From an uncultured Gammaproteobacteria bacterium (GTDB lineage Bacteria > Patescibacteriota > Patescibacteriia > CAZSQN01): DNA of 64,000 bases. This document shows, piece after piece, positions 53,999 through 62,280 of the stretch. The DNA is taken from NCBI GenBank assembly GCA_964609095.1, contig CAZSQN010000003.1, forward strand, positions 12,687 to 76,686. The letters run 5' to 3'. Each line of letters starts with the position of its first letter. The stretch's first letter is position 1. Below the pieces are notes generated by a model. It saw only the letters and a list, made by a program, of their open reading frames with translations. It ran no database searches and had not been told where the DNA came from. Made by a program: the position numbers and the translations under genes.

Positions 53999-56317
53999 CT
54001 TGGAATACCCGCACCCTTGGCAGAGCATACAGCCCTCGCCCATGCGTAACACCCCTCCGCAATCAGGGCATTGCGGCGCGCCGCCAAAGTTAGCAATGGA
54101 TTTTGTTTTAATCAACGGAACGGGTTCTGATTCTACTGCCGAAACAGGTATGGCTTCCGGCACGCGCAAACTTTTTACTTCGGCATTTTCCATTTCCTTT
54201 TTCGCCTCGGCAAGCGGCAGATGCCGTTGCGGGCCTTTAACATGCTCTTCCAGCACTTGGGCAATGGCGTCCGGAACGGAGAGAATCATGCCCCGTTCGC
54301 TCCAGCTGGGCATCGGCCCCCTGATTCCTTTTATCTGGTCAATCACTTCTTCGGGCGCAATGCCCGAACGCAAAGAAAGCGAAACCAATCGGCAAACGCT
54401 TTCCGATTTGGCGGCAAAAAATCCTCCGGCCTTGCCGATGGTGGCAAAAACCTCAAACGGTTTGCCGTCTTCATCATCATTTACCGTAATGTAGAGATTG
54501 CCGTAGCCGGTGGAGCATTTATAGGTCTTTCCGCTCATCACCTTTGGACGGATGCGCGGCGACAATTTGGGGAGTTGCCCCGCGGACGCGGGATTATCAG
54601 AAGTTGAAAGTTCGGATTGTTTTTCCTCATTGTTTACTTTTTGATTCTTATCTTTAGAGTACAAAACCGCCGCGTCTCTGGAGTTTTCCCTAAAATACGC
54701 CACTCCCTTGCAGCCCAGCTCATAAGCCAAAGTATATAATGTCTTCACATCTTCCAAAGTATGTCCCTCCGGGGCATTGACCGTCTTGGAAATGGAAGAA
54801 TCAACATATTTTTGTATAATCGCCTGCATGCGGATATGCTCTTCCGGAGAAAGCTCCTTGGCATTCACAAAATAATCGGGGACTTTTTCTCCCGGATGCT
54901 CGTCAATATATTTTTGATACAAAGGATGATAAACCTCGTGCTCTCCGATGCGGTCTTTGCGCGTAAAGACAAAATCATAAATCGGCTCTATGCCCGAACT
55001 TGCGCCGGAGAGCAGCGAGGTGGTGCCGGTTGGCGCCTGCGTCAAGAGCACGGCGTTTCTAATGCCAACTTCCGCGATGCCGGCCTTGATGTCATCCGGA
55101 AGCTGCTCTATAAAATAACCTTGCAGATACTTCTCACGCTCAAATTTTGGAAACGCGCCCTTTTCCGCCGCCATGGCCACCGAGGCGCGATAGGCCTCGT
55201 CCCGTATAAAAGAATACAGCTTTTCGCAAAAAGCAATCGCCTCCGGCGAGCCGTAGCGGATTTTTAATTTAATCAAAAGATCGCCCAAACCCATTGACCC
55301 AAGGCCGGTGCGGCGGATATTTTTTTGCGCTTCGCGATTTTCCAAAAACGGATAAGCCGTGGCGTCAATCACATTGTCTAAAAAACGGACAGACGCGGAC
55401 ACCACTCGTCCAAGCCGCGCCCAGTCAACATCGCCGTTTGCTTCAAACGCGGACAGGTTCAGCGCGCCAAGATTGCAGACGCTCCATGGGCCCAAACCCT
55501 GTTCGCCGCAGGGATTTACCGAAACGATATCTTCAAAATACCAGGTATTTGACCATTTGTTATATCGTTCCAAAAAAACAGTTCCCGGCTCGCCCGACGC
55601 CCATGCCGATTCGCAAATAAGGTCCCACAAATAACGGGCGCGGATGGTTTTTACGATTTCGCCCTTCCAGACAAGGTTCCAAGAAGCGTCCTTTTTAACC
55701 GCTTCCATAAAACGGTCGGACACGCAAACGGAAAGATTGGCGTTGGTGATAAGCCCCATTGTCTTTTTAACCGTAATAAACTCCTCAATATCCGGATGGT
55801 CATCATTTAACATAAGCATCAGCGCGCCCCGCCTGCTTCCTCCTTGGATAATTAATCCCGTGGCGTAAGAATAAAGGCCGCCAAAAGACACGGCGCCGGA
55901 AGCGGAGCCGTTAACGCCTTTAACGCGGCTTCCGCGCGGCCGAAGCGATGAAAGATTTACGCCGACTCCCCCGCTCCGGGACATTATCTCCACCATTGTT
56001 TTGACCGAATCCAAAATTCCGCTGCGCGAGTCCTCCGGACTGGGAATGACAAAACAATTATAAAAAGTCACTTCATAGCCGCTTCCGGCGCCGGAAAGAA
56101 TCCTGCCGCCGGGCACAAACTGGAATCCTTCGAGAGCTTTATAAAATTCATTGGCCCAAAAATCTTTTTTTTCCGGAGTGGATTCAACTTGGGCTATGGC
56201 CTTAGCCACCCGGCGCCACATTTCTTCGGGGGCGCTTTCTACCTGGTTTCCATTCGCGTCTTTAAGCGCGTAACGGTCGTCAAAAACTTTTTTAGAAAGG
56301 CCTTCTAGGATATGCAT
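53990..56317 (-). CDS. nrdJ: Class II (adenosylcobalamin-dependent) ribonucleotide reductase.
   Basis: Roughly 780-aa RNR catalytic core, with a C-terminal zinc ribbon [25 protein letters not shown] typical of NrdJ. Start taken at the internal ATG (MHILEGL), because the tracked GTG start lies inside NrdR box 1. Confidence 0.75.
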   Translation of the reverse strand: [775 protein letters not shown]

Positions 56318-56340
56318 AAAGCATGGGTTATGAAATTTAT

Positions 56341-56356
56341 CCACAATATATTGTGG
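56341..56356. promoter_or_regulatory. NrdR box 1.
   Basis: CCACAATATATTGTGG, a perfect 16-bp palindrome matching the NrdR-box consensus acaCwAtATaTwGtgt. Confidence 0.8.
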
Positions 56357-56372
56357 TTATAAATAAATTATA

Positions 56373-56388
56373 CCACTATATGTAGTGG
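56373..56388. promoter_or_regulatory. NrdR box 2, 32 bp from box 1.
   Basis: CCACTATATGTAGTGG, one mismatch from a perfect palindrome. The tandem 31-32-bp spacing is typical of NrdR operators. Confidence 0.8.
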
Positions 56389-56472
56389 CAAGTTGGGGAT
56401 AAGGTCGTACTTCTCGGCCTGCCTCAAACAGCAGCGGCACGCAAAAAATTTGTTTCCCTCGCTGAAGAATAT

Positions 56473-57087
56473 TTAAAACGGCATTGTGAGGTTAATGGCG
56501 GGTTTTGTTTCGGCCAGATTGCGGTTGAATTTAACGGGAACCAAAACCATTTTCCCCTGCCTATTGTCATAATATTTTAATTCCCCTTTTGCCAGACCAT
56601 GCTCGTAAACCGCTTTAGTAACTTTCACGTCCTGCAGACAATAATCGCGGAGCTTTTCCATCTCGCCCTGCCTAAAATACTGGACCGCCATAAGACCGTT
56701 GCCCGACTTTCCCATTCCCAAAGTTCCATGCGCCACATCATCCAATTTTACGCGAAATCCGATATGTTTCTGGATTTCTTCCATAATATCCAGCTGCGGA
56801 ATCCGCAAAAGGTCGCCGGCGTAATAATTATTCATCACCGGCAAATCAAAACCCTTGCTGTTGTATCCTACAATGCGCTCCGCGCGCTCTAAACGCGGCC
56901 AAAGCGAGGGCAACTCATGCTCCAAAAAACTTTCATAAGTGTCGGTTTCATAAAAATAAGCTCCCACAAGCGAAATGCGGAGCAGAGTATGGTCGTATTT
57001 CCCCACTTCCTGAAAGGTATTTTGCGTTTCTATGTCTAAAACGATTTCTTTGGACATAAATAAATTTAAATCCGAAATCCGAAGCAC
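56473..57087 (-). CDS. DEDD-family 3'-5' exonuclease (RNase H-like fold).
   Basis: Exo I VLDIETQN, Exo II GYNSKGFDLP, Exo III YCLQDVKVTKAV. Confidence 0.6.
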   Translation of the reverse strand: MLRISDLNLFMSKEIVLDIETQNTFQEVGKYDHTLLRISLVGAYFYETDTYESFLEHELPSLWPRLERAERIVGYNSKGFDLPVMNNYYAGDLLRIPQLDIMEEIQKHIGFRVKLDDVAHGTLGMGKSGNGLMAVQYFRQGEMEKLRDYCLQDVKVTKAVYEHGLAKGELKYYDNRQGKMVLVPVKFNRNLAETKPAINLTMPF

Positions 57088-57218
57088 GAAGCACGAAATC
57101 TAAAACAAATCTCTCGCACTTTATTGTAATAAGTTCGAAATGCCTAAAATTCAAAAGTTAAAACTTTTACTTTTGACTTTCACAGTTTACCACACTTTTT
57201 TTCTGTGGATAATTTTTT

Positions 57219-57258
57219 GTCAACTCCGCACATAACTTTTTATGCGCGGGGTCAATTC
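57219..57258. repeat. Solo or collapsed copy (E3) of the CCGCACATAA inverted-repeat family.
   Basis: GTCAACTCCGCACATAACTTTTTATGCGCGGGGTCAATTC. Confidence 0.5.
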
Positions 57259-57272
57259 TCCAAACCCGAAAT

Positions 57273-57310
57273 TAAAAAACTCCGCACGAATGCGGAGTAA
57301 ATTTTTATTT
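57273..57310. terminator. Bidirectional rho-independent terminator.
   Basis: AAAAAACTCCGCA-CGAA-TGCGGAGTAAATTTTTATTT. Confidence 0.75.
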
Positions 57311-58663
57311 AGAACACATCTTACGGGCAACGACCACGCCCATCATTGAGGCCTGAAGCAAGCCGCGCGTGCGGCCGGAACCGTCGCCTCCCACATAAAG
57401 ACCGGGGATTTCCGTTTCAAAGGTCTGTTCGTCGGTCTCCACTTTGTTGGAGTAGAATTTGACCTCAATGCCGTAAAGCAAAGTATGCTTGGAGGCAATG
57501 CCCGGAGCGATTGCTTCCAGCGCGTCAAGCATTTCCACAATGCCGACCAAATGCCGGTGCGGAATAGCCAGGGCCAAGTCGCCGGGAATGGCTTCCGGCA
57601 TACTCAAAGTCGGCTGAACCATCCAAGTATGCATTTTTTCCGCTTTGGAGCGCCTGCCGTCGCGAAGGTCTCCCAGCCGCTGTACCAGCACGCCGCCGCC
57701 GGCCAGCTTGTTAGCCAGGCCGGAAATGTATTTGCCGTAGCCGAGCGGGTCGTCAAACGGCTCGGTAAAAACCTGCGTCATCAGCATGGCAAAATTGGTA
57801 TTGTTACTCTTCCTTTCCTTATAGGAATGGCCGTTTACGGTCTTTAATCCGCGATAATTTTCTATGGACACAAACCCACCGGGACACATGCAGAAAGTCC
57901 GCACCCTGTCTCCGTTTCTTGACTCAAAATAAAGCTTGGCTTCGTAAAGCAGGTCGGTAATCTGCCGCAGGGTATCGTCGCGCACCTCCACCCGCACGCC
58001 GACATCAATGCCGTTATTCATCAACTTGAGGCCAAGGCCGCGCGCCTGTTCGCTAAACCATTCCGCCCCGTCTCTGCCGGGTGCAACAAGCGTCTTCGCG
58101 GCCAAAATATCGCTTCCGTCCTCCAGGAGAAGGCGAACGCCAACGCCCGGCTCGGGAACGATTTTATCCACGGCAATCCCCGTTCGGATTTCCACTCCGT
58201 TTGAGTAAAGATGCGCTCTGATATTTTCCACAATGACATAGGCCGTATCCGTGCCCAAATGCCGGATGGGAAAATAAGCAAGGTCTAGGTTGGCGGAGAG
58301 CGCCTTGATGCGCAGCGCCTGAACCTTTTCCCATTTTTCTTGGTCGCTTTTCGCGTCAATTATCTCCGGATGACCGCCAAAATGCAGGTATTGCCTGTCC
58401 ACATAGGCCATCAGCTCCAAAAAAGCGTCTTCGCCAAGGCATTGGCCCATCACGCCGCCGACGCAGCTTCCCAAATCCAGCTTGCCGTCGGAAAACGCTC
58501 CGGCTCCTCCCCAGCCGGAAACGGCATGCTCCTTGTCCCCCATTTCGCGGATAGGCCCGCGCTCAATAATGGCAATCTTTAGTCCCGGATTGATTTTTAC
58601 CAATTCCAACGCGCAAAACATTCCGGCCGGGCCGGAGCCAATGATGGCAATATCGTATTCCAT
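57305..58663 (-). CDS. FAD-dependent oxidoreductase (COG2509-like uncharacterised dehydrogenase).
   Basis: MEYDIAIIGSGPAGMFCALEL Rossmann GxGxxG. C-terminal GLYVGGDGSG. The start is taken at the internal Met. Confidence 0.6.
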   Translation of the reverse strand: MEYDIAIIGSGPAGMFCALELVKINPGLKIAIIERGPIREMGDKEHAVSGWGGAGAFSDGKLDLGSCVGGVMGQCLGEDAFLELMAYVDRQYLHFGGHPEIIDAKSDQEKWEKVQALRIKALSANLDLAYFPIRHLGTDTAYVIVENIRAHLYSNGVEIRTGIAVDKIVPEPGVGVRLLLEDGSDILAAKTLVAPGRDGAEWFSEQARGLGLKLMNNGIDVGVRVEVRDDTLRQITDLLYEAKLYFESRNGDRVRTFCMCPGGFVSIENYRGLKTVNGHSYKERKSNNTNFAMLMTQVFTEPFDDPLGYGKYISGLANKLAGGGVLVQRLGDLRDGRRSKAEKMHTWMVQPTLSMPEAIPGDLALAIPHRHLVGIVEMLDALEAIAPGIASKHTLLYGIEVKFYSNKVETDEQTFETEIPGLYVGGDGSGRTRGLLQASMMGVVVARKMCSK

Positions 58664-58788
58664 TATTTTTCTCCTTGTGTCAAAGAACCCTAACAAGGGT
58701 AGCAAAAACCGCCTTTGTTGACAAATACCGCGAGCATTAAAAATCTCAGCTTTTAAGCGAAGATTTTTATGCGATTGCAAATTTGAAA

Positions 58789-60126
58789 TTATATGATGAG
58801 CGGCAGTTTTTCCAGCTTATACGGCTTGCCGGTGATAATCTCTTCAATGCGGAACGCGCCGTGCGTTGGCGCTTCTATAAACCCGCTCCAGGCCATGCGG
58901 GCAAAAGCTCCGTTTTCCACCCAGTCAAAAAGCCATTCATTGGTATAGCGCGGGTCGTTCATAGTAACGCCGCCGCCCATAACCTTTAGCCAAATCTTGT
59001 TAAAATCCTCCTGGCTTCCCACCGGCGGGGCCATAATAATCGGCAGTCCAAGTCCCGTGTAAAAGGACAGTTCTGACGGCTTGGTCCACAAAATGTCCGT
59101 GGTGCGAAGCATCTTGGTAAACTCGCGGAAATAATCAGCCCGCGTTTTCCAAATGTTCACGTTTATCCAACTGCCTAATTTCTTGCCCAAATTGGCGGCA
59201 AGCGCCGTTTCGGTAAAAAATCTGGCAACCTCCTTGCGGGAGCCGGCGACCAAGTTGACCCGTATCTTTTTTTGGCGGATTTTTTCCGACAAACTTTTGA
59301 TAATATGAGCGCCGATTTCTTTTTGCGCTCCGGCGCCGCCCACGGTAAAAGTGAGAGTAAGCGGATGGGACGGTTTTCTGGTGCAGTGATGCGAAGGCAA
59401 AAATTCGTGCAGAGTCATCTCATAGCGCTGGTTAAAAATTTTATTAGGGTCAAGATTGCAAAGGCGGGCTGACAAATCTTTTTTAGCTATCTCGGCGCGG
59501 GAACCGCCCACCAATTCTTTGGGCAAAGGAAAGCCGGTCAAATAGATATTTTCTTCGCGCACGCCGTAAAGCTTGAGCCGCTCCGCAACCCTTCCGGTGG
59601 GAGCAAAATACTTTATCCGGCTTCGCTTGGGGTCAAGCGCGACCCAGGCGCGATTCATATCCGTATCGGTTACTAGACAATAAATATCGCCCGGATATTG
59701 CCAAAACTCGGCCACAAACGCCGGAAGAGGAAAAGTGCAAATTATCGGGAGCGGGCGCTTACCAAGCTCCATAATCAAATGCTTACACCATTCTTTTCTT
59801 TCAATCAAACGATAGGTCTGCTTAAGCTGGAAACTTGGCTTGGAAAGGTCGCGCCGGGGATAAAACGGCTCTATTTCCTGCAGGCGGTCCATTAAACCGA
59901 AAAGGGCTTCGCCTATAACCGGCGCCGGCTTTAACCTGGATACGGCTTCGTAAATTGATCTGTTTTGCGTCCAAATATCCCTATCGCTTTTTGGTATGCC
60001 AGGATAATTATTGGCAACGATAATGCCCCCTTCCGCCAGATGGCGCAGTCCATAAGCGGCCCGCTCATGGCCATAGCCCATATCCACGGCGATGACCCAT
60101 GCTTTTCCTTTAGGTAATCTGCTCAT
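58789..60126 (-). CDS. GT-B-fold glycosyltransferase-like protein (MGDG-synthase/UgtP-like).
   Basis: N-terminus VIAVDMGYGHERAAYGL. C-terminus LGLPIIMAPPVGSQEDFNKIWL. Weak family-level similarity only. Confidence 0.35.
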   Translation of the reverse strand: MSRLPKGKAWVIAVDMGYGHERAAYGLRHLAEGGIIVANNYPGIPKSDRDIWTQNRSIYEAVSRLKPAPVIGEALFGLMDRLQEIEPFYPRRDLSKPSFQLKQTYRLIERKEWCKHLIMELGKRPLPIICTFPLPAFVAEFWQYPGDIYCLVTDTDMNRAWVALDPKRSRIKYFAPTGRVAERLKLYGVREENIYLTGFPLPKELVGGSRAEIAKKDLSARLCNLDPNKIFNQRYEMTLHEFLPSHHCTRKPSHPLTLTFTVGGAGAQKEIGAHIIKSLSEKIRQKKIRVNLVAGSRKEVARFFTETALAANLGKKLGSWINVNIWKTRADYFREFTKMLRTTDILWTKPSELSFYTGLGLPIIMAPPVGSQEDFNKIWLKVMGGGVTMNDPRYTNEWLFDWVENGAFARMAWSGFIEAPTHGAFRIEEIITGKPYKLEKLPLII

Positions 60127-60158
60127 AACTTCTATAATATTATAACAAAAAATCCCCC

Positions 60159-61775
60159 TTATCCGCCAAAAGCGACTTGGGATGAATCCGGCGGAGCGGT
60201 TTCAGAAACCGCATAAACGGGATCGCCAAGCCGATAATTGGCAAAAAACGCGTCTGACAATTCTTCCACACCCTGCCTCCAATCATCTCCGTAAATAACT
60301 TTGGCCAGCTCCTCGCTGGTTATCCAGCGAATTATTCCGTCCGGCGAAGCGGCATAAATCTTAGAATCGGTCTGAAATTTAATCCGTTTTTTTGGCACTT
60401 CTTCTCTAAGAACCGCCGGACTCACCAAAATCGGGGCTGCGGCCGCCTCTGTTTCCTTAAACGCCAGCCGCGAGGCCTCGTCCATCCTTTGCATCATATT
60501 TTGCTTTAAGGACAAGTGAGCGTAAACCGGACGCAGTTTATTGAGATAATTTATTGTCTCCGCCTTAAGCGAACCCTTTTTCAAAAAGGCGATTTTTGCC
60601 ACTAAATCGTCATGGTCTTTTTGCGCGCTTCCGAGTTCGGCCCTTAACTTTTTCGCTTCAGCATTGGTTTGGGCTTTTTTAATTTTGCTTTTTAATTGTG
60701 AAATCTTCGCGTCAATTGATTTATGCCGGATGTTTTCTTTCGCTATGTCCACGAAATGGTCAGCATTCCACAGTTCGCCCCACGCGCGAATGGCATAAGA
60801 CACCCTGCTGCTACCTCCATTATAAGAAGCCGCCAGATATTCTCCTATAAGCACGGGGTCGGCAAACGCGCGCTCTTTTATATTATTCGGCAGGACATTA
60901 AGCTGTATATCCATAAAAGCCACTTGGGCCAAAATGGAATTTGGATGGTCTGTCATCGCGTCCTCAAAATACGCGATTAAACCCAAATCAGGCCGCGATG
61001 CCCTTAGCGACTTATAGGTCTTGGGCATAAATTGGGCAATGCCTCTTGCGCCGGCGCTGCTTCTGGAATAATTAAAGGTGTTAGTCGTATTAAGGCCGAA
61101 AGTGGTATAAAGGCGGCGAAGCGCGCCGTCAAAATCGCCCAAAAGAGTCGTGGTGCCGATATGCTCTATTAAAATCAGCGACTCAACCATCTGCCGGTTC
61201 AAAACCTCGGTTATTTTTTTATCAGGAAAAGCGCGCGATTTTGTCCCAAGCGCTTCTAACTTGTTATAAGCGCCGGCAATCAGATTATCCACATAGGCCT
61301 GGCCATTCCCGAGTATCTCCGGCGATTCCAAATCCTTTGAATACGCGGAGTAAACAACATCCTCCGGATAACGAACTTCAATGCCTTTTTTATTAAGATT
61401 GCGCAAGGTGACGGGATACTTCATCGCCACCACGAGCTGACTCTCGGGACTGATTACTTTAAACTCGGTATTGACGCCATTATTATTTAACATCAATATC
61501 TTCCAATCTTTATCGCCCAAAACAGCGGCTTTTTTATTAACCACGGAAATATCGATGATTTCAATTTCGCCGGTATTCTTATCAAGCGCCGCGAGCGCGA
61601 TTCTGTCTTCTCCTTTTTTGGGTTTTGACGGTTTGGGGATTTTGTATTTTTGAAGCAATTCCTGCCCTTGGCGCACCTTTTCTAAAAGAGTCCATTGTTT
61701 TTCTTCGGCAAAAACAGAGGATGGAACAATCAGCGCCAAAAACACAAAAGATAATAAAATGACGGGCTTACGCAT
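60159..61775 (-). CDS. Secreted protein with a lytic transglycosylase (SLT) domain.
   Basis: Signal peptide MRKPVILLSFVFLALIVPSSVFA. SLT motif GARGIAQFMPKTY. Confidence 0.55.
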   Translation of the reverse strand: MRKPVILLSFVFLALIVPSSVFAEEKQWTLLEKVRQGQELLQKYKIPKPSKPKKGEDRIALAALDKNTGEIEIIDISVVNKKAAVLGDKDWKILMLNNNGVNTEFKVISPESQLVVAMKYPVTLRNLNKKGIEVRYPEDVVYSAYSKDLESPEILGNGQAYVDNLIAGAYNKLEALGTKSRAFPDKKITEVLNRQMVESLILIEHIGTTTLLGDFDGALRRLYTTFGLNTTNTFNYSRSSAGARGIAQFMPKTYKSLRASRPDLGLIAYFEDAMTDHPNSILAQVAFMDIQLNVLPNNIKERAFADPVLIGEYLAASYNGGSSRVSYAIRAWGELWNADHFVDIAKENIRHKSIDAKISQLKSKIKKAQTNAEAKKLRAELGSAQKDHDDLVAKIAFLKKGSLKAETINYLNKLRPVYAHLSLKQNMMQRMDEASRLAFKETEAAAAPILVSPAVLREEVPKKRIKFQTDSKIYAASPDGIIRWITSEELAKVIYGDDWRQGVEELSDAFFANYRLGDPVYAVSETAPPDSSQVAFGG

Positions 61776-61849
61776 ATAGATAATATACAAGATAAATCGC
61801 CGATGCTCAATCGCGCGTATCGCGAATCACGAAAAAGACCGCCCAATTT

Positions 61850-61880
61850 AAAACCCCCCGATTTTATCGGGGGGATTTTT
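61850..61880. terminator. Rho-independent terminator downstream of the response-regulator gene.
   Basis: AAAACCCCCCGATTTTATCGGGGGGATTTTT. Confidence 0.75.
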
Positions 61881-62262
61881 ATGCCTTTTTTGTTCTGGAT
61901 TTTATTGAAAGCAGTTTGACTTTTTCAACCACTTCGTCAATCGGATGCTGGACTTTGACAAAGTAATCGTCGGCGCCCAAAGCCAGCGCCTTTTTAATGT
62001 CTTCATCAGTATCCAGATTGGTCAAGACAATTACCGGAATCTTTTTAAATTCCTCATCGGCTTTTAAATCGGCCAATACTTCCAGCCCATGCTTTTTAGG
62101 CAGAATTAAATCCAGAAGCACGACATCGGGAACAAATTTAGAAATATTGGTCATTGCTTCTTCGCCGTCAGACGCAACGTCTACTTCAAAATTCTCTCTT
62201 TCAAATTTTTCTTTAAGCACTCTCGCGAGCACTTCTTCGTCTTCAACGATAAGTAATTTCAT
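61879..62262 (-). CDS. Stand-alone response-regulator receiver domain (CheY-like).
   Basis: MKLLIVEDEEVLARVLKEKFERENFEVDVASDGEEAM...DVVLLDLILP. 127 aa with no output domain. Confidence 0.85.
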   Translation of the reverse strand: MKLLIVEDEEVLARVLKEKFERENFEVDVASDGEEAMTNISKFVPDVVLLDLILPKKHGLEVLADLKADEEFKKIPVIVLTNLDTDEDIKKALALGADDYFVKVQHPIDEVVEKVKLLSIKSRTKKA

Positions 62263-62280
62263 ACGGCTAAAACATTATTA

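Noticed and set aside
47815-54096. Minus-strand ORFs 47815..48045 and 53911..54096 sharing the peptide NANLMRMPR.
   Set aside because: The shared peptide is simply the translation of the R1/R2 intergenic repeat. These are not genes.
56336-56346. TTATCCACA (a perfect DnaA box) at the nrdJ start.
   Set aside because: It is a single copy that is simply the left half of NrdR box 1 (CCACAATATATTGTGG) plus flanking bases. No cluster of DnaA boxes or AT-rich DUE suggests an origin.
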